From Balanoglossus misakiensis (Eukaryota > Animalia > Hemichordata), in assembly GCA_040954595.2 (NCBI GenBank), contig CM082587.2, positions 11,990,053-12,054,052 on the forward strand: a stretch of 64,000 bases of DNA. Reading direction: 5' to 3'. Shown here piece after piece: positions 8,620-22,398 of the stretch. The stretch's first letter is position 1. Each line of letters opens with the position of its first letter. Both the position numbers and the translations under genes were made by a program. The notes beneath the pieces are model-generated. The model saw only the letters and a list, made by a program, of their open reading frames with translations, had not been told where the DNA came from and searched no databases.

Positions 8620-11600
8620 ATATTTTCTGTAAAATAGACATTTAATTGGCAAGCCGTCCTGCATCAATTATTAATTGTGTACATGCACTAAAGCGCCCTC
8701 ACTGCTGGGTGTGTTGTATGGTCTTTAACCCTGTTTCAAATTAGAGTACTTTCTGCAATTTCAAGACAGATCTTACGTGCCATTGGAGAGCTCCATTGAC
8801 TGGTCATTCATACTGTTTTCATTCATTCATTGCGGCATCAATATATTTTATGTATTCTAGCCAAAGAGCTTGGCACCTGTTGAAATGAACTCATCTGCTG
8901 TGGGCCAGTTTATTGGTGGCAGTTGAGCTGAGGAGAGCACCTTCCTTCCCGGCACGCCACCAAGTAAAGTTCCACGCCGCCCACCACAGATGCCAGCATT
9001 CATTCATGCGAGTGAGTGTAATTGCAAATTTGCCTATTCTAGATCTGTAATGGAAATGGAGAAAGTACCTTATATTTTCTGTAAAATAGACATTTAATTG
9101 GCAAGCCGTCCTGCATCAATTATGAATTGTGTACATGCACTAAAGCGCCCTCACTGCTGGGTGTGTTGTATGGTCTTTAACCCTGTTTCAAATTAGAGTA
9201 CTTTCTGCAATTTCAAGACAGATCTTACGTGCCATTGGAGAGCTCCATTGACTGGTCATTCATACTGTTTTCATTCATTCATTGCGGCATCAATATATTT
9301 TATCTATTCTAGCCAAAGAGCTTGGCACCTGTTGAAATGAACTCATCTGCTGTGGGCCAGTTTATTGGTGGCAGTTGAGCTGAGGAGAGCACCTTCCTTC
9401 CCGGCACGCCACCAAGTAAAGTTCCACGCCGCCCACCACAGATGCCAGCATTCATTCATGCGAGTGAGTGTAATTGCAAATTTGCCTATTCTAGATCTGT
9501 AATGGAAATGGAGAAAGTACCTTATATTTTCTGTAAAATAGACATTTAATTGGCAAGCCGTCCTGCATCAATTATGAATTGTGTACATGCACTAAAGCGC
9601 CCTCACTGCTGGGTGTGTTGTATGGTCTTTAACCCTGTTTCAAATTAGAGTACTTTCTGCAATTTCAAGACAGATCTTACGTGCCATTGGAGAGCTCCAT
9701 TGACTGGTCATTCATACTGTTTTCATTCATTCATTGCGGCATCAATATATTTTATCTATTCTAGCCAAAGAGCTTGGCACCTGTTGAAATGAACTCATCT
9801 GCTGTGGGCCAGTTTATTGGTGGCAGTTGAGCTGAGGAGAGCACCTTCCTTCCCGGCACGCCACCAAGTAAAGTTCCACGCCGCCCACCACAGATGCCAG
9901 CATTCATTCATGCGAGTGAGTGTAATTGCAAATTTGCCTATTCTAGATCTGTAATGGAAATGGAGAAAGTACCTTATATTTTCTGTAAAATAGACATTTA
10001 ATTGGCAAGCCGTCCTGCATCAATTATGAATTGTGTACATGCACTAAAGCGCCCTCACTGCTGGGTGTGTTGTATGGTCTTTAACCCTGTTTCAAATTAG
10101 AGTACTTTCTGCAATTTCAAGACAGATCTTACGTGCCATTGGAGAGCTCCATTGACTGGTCATTCATACTGTTTTCATTCATTCATTGCGGCATCAATAT
10201 ATTTTATCTATTCTAGCCAAAGAGCTTGGCACCTGTTGAAATGAACTCATCTGCTGTGGGCCAGTTTATTGGTGGCAGTTGAGCTGAGAAGAGCACCTTC
10301 CTTCCCGGCACGCCACCAAGTAAAGTTCCACGCCGCCCACCACAGATGCCAGCATTCATTCATGCGAGTGAGTGTAATTGCAAATTTGCCTATTCTAGAA
10401 TCTTACGTGCCATTGGAGAGCTCCATTGACTGGTCATTCATACTGTTTTCATTCATTCATTGCGGCATCAATATATTTTATCTATTCTAGCCAAAGAGCT
10501 TGGCACCTGTTGAAATGAACTCATCTGCTGTGGGCCAGTTTATTGGTGGCAGTTGAGCTGAGGAGAGCACCTTCCTTCCCGGGACGCCACCAAGTAAAGT
10601 TCCACGCCGCCCACCACAGATGCCAGCATTCATTCATGCGAGTGAGTGTAATTGCAAATTTGCCTATTCTAGATTCTTACGTGCCATTGGAGAGCTCCAT
10701 TGACTGGTCATTCATACTGTTTTCATTCATTCATTGCGGCATCAATATATTTTATCTATTCTAGCCAAAGAGCTTGGCACCTGTTGAAATGAACTCATCT
10801 GCTGTGGGCCAGTTTATTGGTGGCAGTTGAGCTGAGGAGAGCACCTTCCTTCCCGGCACGCCACCAAGTAAAGTTCCACGCCGCCCACCACAGATGCCAG
10901 CATTCATTCATGCGAGTGAGTGTAATTGCAAATTTGCCTATTCTAGATCTGTAATGGAAATGGAGAAAGTACCTTATATTTTCTGTAAAATAGACATTTA
11001 ATTGGCAAGCCGTCCTGCATCAATTATGAATTGTGTACATGCACTAAAGCGCCCTCACTGCTGGGTGTGTTGTATGGTCTTTAACCCTGTTTCAAATTAG
11101 AGTACTTTCTGCAATTTCAAGACAGATCTTACGTGCCATTGGAGAGCTCCATTGACTGGTCATTCATACTGTTTTCATTCATTCATTGCGGCATCAATAT
11201 ATTTTATCTATTCTAGCCAAAGAGCTTGGCACCTGTTGAAATGAACTCATCTGCTGTGGGCCAGTTTATTGGTGGCAGTTGAGCTGAGGAGAGCACCTTC
11301 CTTCCCGGCACGCCACCAAGTAAAGTTCCACGCCGCCCACCACAGATGCCAGCATTCATTCATGCGAGTGAGTGTAATTGCAAATTTGCCTATTCTAGAT
11401 CTGTAATGGAAATGGAGAAAGTACCTTATATTTTCTGTAAAATAGACATTTAATTGGCAAGCCGTCCTGCATCAATTATGAATTGTGTACATGCACTAAA
11501 GCGCCCTCACTGCTGGGTGTGTTGTATGGTCTTTAACCCTGTTTCAAATTAGAGTACTTTCTGCAATTTCAAGACAGATCTTACGTGCCATTGGAGAGCT

Positions 11601-14600
11601 CCATTGACTGGTCATTCATACTGTTTTCATTCATTCATTGCGGCATCAATATATTTTATGTATTCTAGCCAAAGAGCTTGGCACCTGTTGAAATGAACTC
11701 ATCTGCTGTGGGCCAGTTTATTGGTGGCAGTTGAGCTGAGGAGAGCACCTTCCTTCCCGGCACGCCACCAAGTAAAGTTCCACGCCGCCCACCACAGATG
11801 CCAGCATTCATTCATGCGAGTGAGTGTAATTGCAAATTTGCCTATTCTAGATCTGTAATGGAAATGGAGAAAGTACCTTATATTTTCTGTAAAATAGACA
11901 TTTAATTGGCAAGCCGTCCTGCATCAATTATTAATTGTGTACATGCACTAAAGCGCCCTCACTGCTGGGTGTGTTGTATGGTCTTTAACCCTGTTTCAAA
12001 TTAGAGTACTTTCTGCAATTTCAAGACAGATCTTACGTGCCATTGGAGAGCTCCATTGACTGGTCATTCATACTGTTTTCATTCATTCATTGCGGCATCA
12101 ATATATTTTATCTATTCTAGCCAAAGAGCTTGGCACCTGTTGAAATGAACTCATCTGCTGTGGGCCAGTTTATTGGTGGCAGTTGAGTTGAGGAGAGCAC
12201 CTTCCTTCCCGGCACGCCACCAAGTAAAGTTCCACGCCGCCCACCACAGATGCCAGCATTCATTCATGCGAGTGAGTGTAATTGCAAATTTGCCTATTCT
12301 AGAATTCTTACGTGCCATTGGAGAGCTCCATTGACTGGTCATTCATACTGTTTTCATTCATTCATTGCGGCATCAATATATTTTATGTATTCTAGCCAAA
12401 GAGCTTGGCACCTGTTGAAATGAACTCATCTGCTGTGGGCCAGTTTATTGGTGGCAGTTGAGCTGAGGAGAGCACCTTCCTTCCCGGCACGCCACCAAGT
12501 AAAGTTCCACGCCGCCCACCACAGATGCCAGCATTCATTCATGCGAGTGAGTGTAATTGCAAATTTGCCTATTCTAGATCTGTAATGGAAATGGAGAAAG
12601 TACCTTATATTTTCTGTAAAATAGACATTTAATTGGCAAGCCGTCCTGCATCAATTATGAATTGTGTACATGCACTAAAGCGCCCTCACTGCTGGGTGTG
12701 TTGTATGGTCTTTAACCCTGTTTCAAATTAGAGTACTTTCTGCAATTTCAAGACAGATCTTACGTGCCATTGGAGAGCTCCATTGACTGGTCATTCATAC
12801 TGTTTTCATTCATTCATTGTGGCATCAATATATTTTATCTATTCTAGCCAAAGAGCTTGGCACCTGTTGAAATGAACTCATCTGCTGTGGGCCAGTTTAT
12901 TGGTGGCAGTTGAGCTGAGGAGAGCACCTTCCTTCCCGGCACGCCACCAAGTAAAGTTCCACGCCGCCCACCACAGATGCCAGCATTCATTCATGCGAGT
13001 GAGTGTAATTGCAAATTTGCCTATTCTAGATCTGTAATGGAAATGGAGAAAGTACCTTATATTTTCTGTAAAATAGACATTTAATTGGCAAGCCGTCCTG
13101 CATCAATTATTAATTGTGTACATGCACTAAAGCGCCCTCACTGCTGGGTGTGTTGTATGGTCTTTAACCCTGTTTCAAATTAGAGTACTTTCTGCAATTT
13201 CAAGACAGATCTTACGTGCCATTGGAGAGCTCCATTGACTGGTCATTCATACTGTTTTCATTCATTCATTGCGGCATCAATATATTTTATCTATTCTAGC
13301 CAAAGAGCTTGGCACCTGTTGAAATGAACTCATCTGCTGTGGGCCAGTTTATTGGTGGCAGTTGAGCTGAGAAGAGCACCTTCCTTCCCGGCACGCCACC
13401 AAGTAAAGTTCCACGCCGCCCACCACAGATGCCAGCATTCATTCATGCGAGTGAGTGTAATTGCAAATTTGCCTATTCTAGATCTGTAATGGAAATGGAG
13501 AAAGTACCTTATATTTTCTGTAAAATAGACATTTAATTGGCAAGCCGTCCTGCATCAATTATGAATTGTGTACATGCACTAAAGCGCCCTCACTGCTGGG
13601 TGTGTTGTATGGTCTTTAACCCTGTTTCAAATTAGAGTACTTTCTGCAATTTCAAGACAGATCTTACGTGCCATTGGAGAGCTCCATTGACTGGTCATTC
13701 ATACTGTTTTCATTCATTCATTGCGGCATCAATATATTTTATCTATTCTAGCCAAAGAGCTTGGCACCTGTTGAAATGAACTCATCTGCTGTGGGCCAGT
13801 TTATTGGTGGCAGTTGAGCTGAGGAGAGCACCTTCCTTCCCGGCACGCCACCAAGTAAAGTTCCACGCCGCCCACCACAGATGCCAGCATTCATTCATGC
13901 GAGTGAGTGTAATTGCAAATTTGCCTATTCTAGATCTGTAATGGAAATGGAGAAAGTACCTTATATTTTCTGTAAAATAGACATTTAATTGGCAAGCCGT
14001 CCTGCATCAATTATGAATTGTGTACATGCACTAAAGCGCCCTCACTGCTGGGTGTGTTGTATGGTCTTTAACCCTGTTTCAAATTAGAGTACTTTCTGCA
14101 ATTTCAAGACAGATCTTACGTGCCATTGGAGAGCTCCATTGACTGGTCATTCATACTGTTTTCATTCATTCATTGCGGCATCAATATATTTTATCTATTC
14201 TAGCCAAAGAGCTTGGCACCTGTTGAAATGAACTCATCTGCTGTGGGCCAGTTTATTGGTGGCAGTTGAGCTGAGGAGAGCACCTTCCTTCCCGGCACGC
14301 CACCAAGTAAAGTTCCACGCCGCCCACCACAGATGCCAGCATTCATTCATGCGAGTGAGTGTAATTGCAAATTTGCCTATTCTAGATCTGTAATGGAAAT
14401 GGAGAAAGTACCTTATATTTTCTGTAAAATAGACATTTAATTGGCAAGCCGTCCTGCATCAATTATGAATTGTGTACATGCACTAAAGCGCCCTCACTGC
14501 TGGGTGTGTTGTATGGTCTTTAACCCTGTTTCAAATTAGAGTACTTTCTGCAATTTCAAGACAGATCTTACGTGCCATTGGAGAGCTCCATTGACTGGTC

Positions 14601-17600
14601 ATTCATACTGTTTTCATTCATTCATTGCGGCATCAATATATTTTATGTATTCTAGCCAAAGAGCTTGGCACCTGTTGAAATGAACTCATCTGCTGTGGGC
14701 CAGTTTATTGGTGGCAGTTGAGCTGAGGAGAGCACCTTCCTTCCCGGCACGCCACCAAGTAAAGTTCCACGCCGCCCACCACAGATGCCAGCATTCATTC
14801 ATGCGAGTGAGTGTAATTGCAAATTTGCCTATTCTAGATCTGTAATGGAAATGGAGAAAGTACCTTATATTTTCTGTAAAATAGACATTTAATTGGCAAG
14901 CCGTCCTGCATCAATTATTAATTGTGTACATGCACTAAAGCGCCCTCACTGCTGGGTGTGTTGTATGGTCTTTAACCCTGTTTCAAATTAGAGTACTTTC
15001 TGCAATTTCAAGACAGATCTTACGTGCCATTGGAGAGCTCCATTGACTGGTCATTCATACTGTTTTCATTCATTCATTGCGGCATCAATATATTTTATCT
15101 ATTCTAGCCAAAGAGCTTGGCACCTGTTGAAATGAACTCATCTGCTGTGGGCCAGTTTATTGGTGGCAGTTGAGCTGAGGAGAGCACCTTCCTTCCCGGC
15201 ACGCCACCAAGTAAAGTTCCACGCCGCCCACCACAGATGCCAGCATTCATTCATGCGAGTGAGTGTAATTGCAAATTTGCCTATTCTAGAATTACGTGCC
15301 ATTGGAGAGCTCCATTGACTGGTCATTCATACTGTTTTCATTCATTCATTGCGGCATCAATATATTTTATCTATTCTAGCCAAAGAGCTTGGCACCTGTT
15401 GAAATGAACTCATCTGCTGTGGGCCAGTTTATTGGTGGCAGTTGAGCTGAGGAGAGCACCTTCCTTCCCGGCACGCCACCAAGTAAAGTTCCACGCCGCC
15501 CACCACAGATGCCAGCATTCATTCATGCGAGTGAGTGTAATTGCAAATTTGCCTATTCTAGATCTGTAATGGAAATGGAGAAAGTACCTTATATTTTCTG
15601 TAAAATAGACATTTAATTGGCAAGCCGTCCTGCATCAATTATGAATTGTGTACATGCACTAAAGCGCCCTCACTGCTGGGTGTGTTGTATGGTCTTTAAC
15701 CCTGTTTCAAATTAGAGTACTTTCTGCAATTTCAAGACAGATCTTACGTGCCATTGGAGAGCTCCATTGACTGGTCATTCATACTGTTTTCATTCATTCA
15801 TTGCGGCATCAATATATTTTATCTATTCTAGCCAAAGAGCTTGGCACCTGTTGAAATGAACTCATCTGCTGTGGGCCAGTTTATTGGTGGCAGTTGAGCT
15901 GAGGAGAGCACCTTCCTTCCCGGCACGCCACCAAGTAAAGTTCCACGCCGCCCACCACAGATGCCAGCATTCATTCATGCGAGTGAGTGTAATTGCAAAT
16001 TTGCCTATTCTAGAATCTTACGTGCCATTGGAGAGCTCCATTGACTGGTCATTCATACTGTTTTCATTCATTCATTGCGGCATCAATATATTTTATCTAT
16101 TCTAGCCAAAGAGCTTGGCACCTGTTGAAATGAACTCATCTGCTGTGGGCCAGTTTATTGGTGGCAGTTGAGCTGAGGAGAGCACCTTCCTTCCCGGCAC
16201 GCCACCAAGTAAAGTTCCACGCCGCCCACCACAGATGCCAGCATTCATTCATGCGAGTGAGTGTAATTGCAAATTTGCCTATTCTAGATCTGTAATGGAA
16301 ATGGAGAAAGTACCTTATATTTTCTGTAAAATAGACATTTAATTGGCAAGCCGTCCTGCATCAATTATTAATTGTGTACATGCACTAAAGCGCCCTCACT
16401 GCTGGGTGTGTTGTATGGTCTTTAACCCTGTTTCAAATTAGAGTACTTTCTGCAATTTCAAGACAGATCTTACGTGCCATTGGAGAGCTCCATTGACTGG
16501 TCATTCATACTGTTTTCATTCATTCATTGCGGCATCAATATATTTTATCTATTCTAGCCAAAGAGCTTGGCACCTGTTGAAATGAACTCATCTGCTGTGG
16601 GCCAGTTTATTGGTGGCAGTTGAGCTGAGAAGAGCACCTTCCTTCCCGGCACGCCACCAAGTAAAGTTCCACGCCGCCCACCACAGATGCCAGCATTCAT
16701 TCATGCGAGTGAGTGTAATTGCAAATTTGCCTATTCTAGATCTGTAATGGAAATGGAGAAAGTACCTTATATTTTCTGTAAAATAGACATTTAATTGGCA
16801 AGCCGTCCTGCATCAATTATGAATTGTGTACATGCACTAAAGCGCCCTCACTGCTGGGTGTGTTGTATGGTCTTTAACCCTGTTTCAAATTAGAGTACTT
16901 TCTGCAATTTCAAGACAGATCTTACGTGCCATTGGAGAGCTCCATTGACTGGTCATTCATACTGTTTTCATTCATTCATTGCGGCATCAATATATTTTAT
17001 CTATTCTAGCCAAAGAGCTTGGCACCTGTTGAAATGAACTCATCTGCTGTGGGCCAGTTTATTGGTGGCAGTTGAGCTGAGGAGAGCACCTTCCTTCCCG
17101 GCACGCCACCAAGTAAAGTTCCACGCCGCCCACCACAGATGCCAGCATTCATTCATGCGAGTGAGTGTAATTGCAAATTTGCCTATTCTAGATCTGTAAT
17201 GGAAATGGAGAAAGTACCTTATATTTTCTGTAAAATAGACATTTAATTGGCAAGCCGTCCTGCATCAATTATGAATTGTGTACATGCACTAAAGCGCCCT
17301 CACTGCTGGGTGTGTTGTATGGTCTTTAACCCTGTTTCAAATTAGAGTACTTTCTGCAATTTCAAGACAGATCTTACGTGCCATTGGAGAGCTCCATTGA
17401 CTGGTCATTCATACTGTTTTCATTCATTCATTGCGGCATCAATATATTTTATCTATTCTAGCCAAAGAGCTTGGCACCTGTTGAAATGAACTCATCTGCT
17501 GTGGGCCAGTTTATTGGTGGCAGTTGAGCTGAGGAGAGCACCTTCCTTCCCGGCACGCCACCAAGTAAAGTTCCACGCCGCCCACCACAGATGCCAGCAT

Positions 17601-20600
17601 TCATTCATGCGAGTGAGTGTAATTGCAAATTTGCCTATTCTAGATCTGTAATGGAAATGGAGAAAGTACCTTATATTTTCTGTAAAATAGACATTTAATT
17701 GGCAAGCCGTCCTGCATCAATTATGAATTGTGTACATGCACTAAAGCGCCCTCACTGCTGGGTGTGTTGTATGGTCTTTAACCCTGTTTCAAATTAGAGT
17801 ACTTTCTGCAATTTCAAGACAGATCTTACGTGCCATTGGAGAGCTCCATTGACTGGTCATTCATACTGTTTTCATTCATTCATTGCGGCATCAATATATT
17901 TTATCTATTCTAGCCAAAGAGCTTGGCACCTGTTGAAATGAACTCATCTGCTGTGGGCCAGTTTATTGGTGGCAGTTGAGCTGAGAAGAGCACCTTCCTT
18001 CCCGGCACGCCACCAAGTAAAGTTCCACGCCGCCCACCACAGATGCCAGCATTCATTCATGCGAGTGAGTGTAATTGCAAATTTGCCTATTCTAGAATCT
18101 TACGTGCCATTGGAGAGCTCCATTGACTGGTCATTCATACTGTTTTCATTCATTCATTGCGGCATCAATATATTTTATCTATTCTAGCCAAAGAGCTTGG
18201 CACCTGTTGAAATGAACTCATCTGCTGTGGGCCAGTTTATTGGTGGCAGTTGAGCTGAGGAGAGCACCTTCCTTCCCGGGACGCCACCAAGTAAAGTTCC
18301 ACGCCGCCCACCACAGATGCCAGCATTCATTCATGCGAGTGAGTGTAATTGCAAATTTGCCTATTCTAGATTCTTACGTGCCATTGGAGAGCTCCATTGA
18401 CTGGTCATTCATACTGTTTTCATTCATTCATTGCGGCATCAATATATTTTATCTATTCTAGCCAAAGAGCTTGGCACCTGTTGAAATGAACTCATCTGCT
18501 GTGGGCCAGTTTATTGGTGGCAGTTGAGCTGAGGAGAGCACCTTCCTTCCCGGCACGCCACCAAGTAAAGTTCCACGCCGCCCACCACAGATGCCAGCAT
18601 TCATTCATGCGAGTGAGTGTAATTGCAAATTTGCCTATTCTAGATCTGTAATGGAAATGGAGAAAGTACCTTATATTTTCTGTAAAATAGACATTTAATT
18701 GGCAAGCCGTCCTGCATCAATTATTAATTGTGTACATGCACTAAAGCGCCCTCACTGCTGGGTGTGTTGTATGGTCTTTAACCCTGTTTCAAATTAGAGT
18801 ACTTTCTGCAATTTCAAGACAGATCTTACGTGCCATTGGAGAGCTCCATTGACTGGTCATTCATACTGTTTTCATTCATTCATTGCGGCATCAATATATT
18901 TTATCTATTCTAGCCAAAGAGCTTGGCACCTGTTGAAATGAACTCATCTGCTGTGGGCCAGTTTATTGGTGGCAGTTGAGCTGAGGAGAGCACCTTCCTT
19001 CCCGGCACGCCACCAAGTAAAGTTCCACGCCGCCCACCACAGATGCCAGCATTCATTCATGCGAGTGAGTGTAATTGCAAATTTGCCTATTCTAGATCTG
19101 TAATGGAAATGGAGAAAGTACCTTATATTTTCTGTAAAATAGACATTTAATTGGCAAGCCGTCCTGCATCAATTATGAATTGTGTACATGCACTAAAGCG
19201 CCCTCACTGCTGGGTGTGTTGTATGGTCTTTAACCCTGTTTCAAATTAGAGTACTTTCTGCAATTTCAAGACAGATCTTACGTGCCATTGGAGAGCTCCA
19301 TTGACTGGTCATTCATACTGTTTTCATTCATTCATTGCGGCATCAATATATTTTATGTATTCTAGCCAAAGAGCTTGGCACCTGTTGAAATGAACTCATC
19401 TGCTGTGGGCCAGTTTATTGGTGGCAGTTGAGCTGAGGAGAGCACCTTCCTTCCCGGCACGCCACCAAGTAAAGTTCCACGCCGCCCACCACAGATGCCA
19501 GCATTCATTCATGCGAGTGAGTGTAATTGCAAATTTGCCTATTCTAGATCTGTAATGGAAATGGAGAAAGTACCTTATATTTTCTGTAAAATAGACATTT
19601 AATTGGCAAGCCGTCCTGCATCAATTATTAATTGTGTACATGCACTAAAGCGCCCTCACTGCTGGGTGTGTTGTATGGTCTTTAACCCTGTTTCAAATTA
19701 GAGTACTTTCTGCAATTTCAAGACAGATCTTACGTGCCATTGGAGAGCTCCATTGACTGGTCATTCATACTGTTTTCATTCATTCATTGCGGCATCAATA
19801 TATTTTATCTATTCTAGCCAAAGAGCTTGGCACCTGTTGAAATGAACTCATCTGCTGTGGGCCAGTTTATTGGTGGCAGTTGAGCTGAGGAGAGCACCTT
19901 CCTTCCCGGCACGCCACCAAGTAAAGTTCCACGCCGCCCACCACAGATGCCAGCATTCATTCATGCGAGTGAGTGTAATTGCAAATTTGCCTATTCTAGA
20001 ATTACGTGCCATTGGAGAGCTCCATTGACTGGTCATTCATACTGTTTTCATTCATTCATTGCGGCATCAATATATTTTATCTATTCTAGCCAAAGAGCTT
20101 GGCACCTGTTGAAATGAACTCATCTGCTGTGGGCCAGTTTATTGGTGGCAGTTGAGCTGAGGAGAGCACCTTCCTTCCCGGCACGCCACCAAGTAAAGTT
20201 CCACGCCGCCCACCACAGATGCCAGCATTCATTCATGCGAGTGAGTGTAATTGCAAATTTGCCTATTCTAGATCTGTAATGGAAATGGAGAAAGTACCTT
20301 ATATTTTCTGTAAAATAGACATTTAATTGGCAAGCCGTCCTGCATCAATTATGAATTGTGTACATGCACTAAAGCGCCCTCACTGCTGGGTGTGTTGTAT
20401 GGTCTTTAACCCTGTTTCAAATTAGAGTACTTTCTGCAATTTCAAGACAGATCTTACGTGCCATTGGAGAGCTCCATTGACTGGTCATTCATACTGTTTT
20501 CATTCATTCATTGCGGCATCAATATATTTTATCTATTCTAGCCAAAGAGCTTGGCACCTGTTGAAATGAACTCATCTGCTGTGGGCCAGTTTATTGGTGG

Positions 20601-21109
20601 CAGTTGAGCTGAGGAGAGCACCTTCCTTCCCGGCACGCCACCAAGTAAAGTTCCACGCCGCCCACCACAGATGCCAGCATTCATTCATGCGAGTGAGTGT
20701 AATTGCAAATTTGCCTATTCTAGATCTGTAATGGAAATGGAGAAAGTACCTTATATTTTCTGTAAAATAGACATTTAATTGGCAAGCCGTCCTGCATCAA
20801 TTATGAATTGTGTACATGCACTAAAGCGCCCTCACTGCTGGGTGTGTTGTATGGTCTTTAACCCTGTTTCAAATTAGAGTACTTTCTGCAATTTCAAGAC
20901 AGATCTTACGTGCCATTGGAGAGCTCCATTGACTGGTCATTCATACTGTTTTCATTCATTCATTGCGGCATCAATATATTTTATCTATTCTAGCCAAAGA
21001 GCTTGGCACCTGTTGAAATGAACTCATCTGCTGTGGGCCAGTTTATTGGTGGCAGTTGAGCTGAGGAGAGCACCTTCCTTCCCGGCACGCCACCAAGTAA
21101 AGTTCCACG
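8620..21109. repeat. Satellite array 1: 22x452 + 5x274 + 1x275 + 2x272 + 357 bp partial
   Basis: Unit lengths sum exactly to 12490 bp. Confidence 0.95.
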
Positions 21110-21496
21110 TGCATTCCTGGCCCTGGTTTTATTTATGTTTACAGACAATATTGCATTTTTGTACAAGTATTTTAATCAACTATAAATTTTGAATGTGTCA
21201 TTTACCTGAACCGGTCATGTTGACCAGAATGATACATTTCTGCCTTCACTCACCCTATAAATATGTGATTGAGACATAGGTCATTTGCATAAGCTAACAT
21301 ACCAGAAAGTAAGCATATCTGTTGTTTTCCCTGTGTCACTGCCATCAAAGTAAAAATTAGACGTTGTGTAGAGCAAACTCCAATTTTTTGTTCTCAATAA
21401 ACATGGATGAATTACATAGAATGTGTTTGTTGTTTACAGTCTTTAAATGACACATTAGATTATGCACTTTACAAAACGTTTCTGAGAAACAAGTGA

Positions 21497-21991
21497 CTAA
21501 CTAGTTTCTTTCCACTGTGGCCAACGTGGTTCACTGTTTGTGTCAGAATCTCTCTGTTTTGCAAGGATTTTGAAATCATAGTGGTGACATGCATAGTGAA
21601 AATCAGCTACTTTCAAATGTCCGTCATGTTCATGCTGTAATTGAATTTTCAAAGCTGGGCTGGCGTGTTTTTTCTTATTTACATAAGTATCACACTTTAT
21701 ACATGTATCTTCATGGGGTTTTTTGAGTCCCGTATTTAGGTCCTCTCTCACAATTTTACGAAATATCGTATAACTGACAGTTGTTCTTCCCAGAAGAGAT
21801 TGGTTGGTTATGAACTCTCGGTGTAACTGCGATATACTGTGGTCCGGCGCCAGGTACGGTTTAAATCGAGGATTCCTGCAGTAGTGAGATTCTACAATTC
21901 TGTGCCTGCGTACGTGTTCAGTGATATCAGTCAGCAAATTTGGATTGAGTTTCCGACGATGCCCTTTGTGTCGGCCCCTTGCATCTGGCAT
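21497..21991 (-). pseudogene. Truncated transposase N-half duplicate, copy 2
   Basis: Translation identical to 861-1355. Confidence 0.75.
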
Positions 21992-22398
21992 CAGACCAGT
22001 AAAGTTCCATGTGCATTCCTGGCCCTGGTTTTATTTATGTTTACAGACAATATTGCATTTTTGTACAAGTATTTTAATCAACTATAAATTTTGAATGTGT
22101 CATTTACCTGAACCGGTCATGTTGACCAGAATGATACATTTCTGCCTTCACTCACCCTATAAATATGTGATTGAGACATAGGTCATTTGCATAAGCTAAC
22201 ATACCAGAAAGTAAGCATATCTGTTGTTTTCCCTGTGTCACTGCCATCAAAGTAAAAATTAGACGTTGTGTAGAGCAAACTCCAATTTTTTGTTCTCAAT
22301 AAACATGGATGAATTACATAGAATGTGTTTGTTGTTTACAGTCTTTAAATGACACATTAGATTATGCACTTTACAAAACGTTTCTGAGAAACAAGTGA

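Larger units (their letters stand above)
474..8769. mobile_element. Gene cassette copy 1: putative autonomous DNA transposon body ending in the B-module right TIR
   Basis: Holds the DDE transposase halves, SET and His-Me genes. Unique sequence 474-8619 runs into the last 150 bp of B, ending ACAG at 8769. Repeats at offsets +20636 and +38557. Confidence 0.75.

Noticed and set aside
10269-10764. 73-aa and 62/63-aa ORFs recurring in the arrays
   Set aside because: They appear only as by-products of B-less junctions, the 73-aa ones start at TTG, and none has a recognisable motif.
8620-21109. CRISPR-like repeat-spacer array
   Set aside because: The intervening B modules are near-identical rather than unique spacers, the repeats are 275 bp long, and there are no cas genes.
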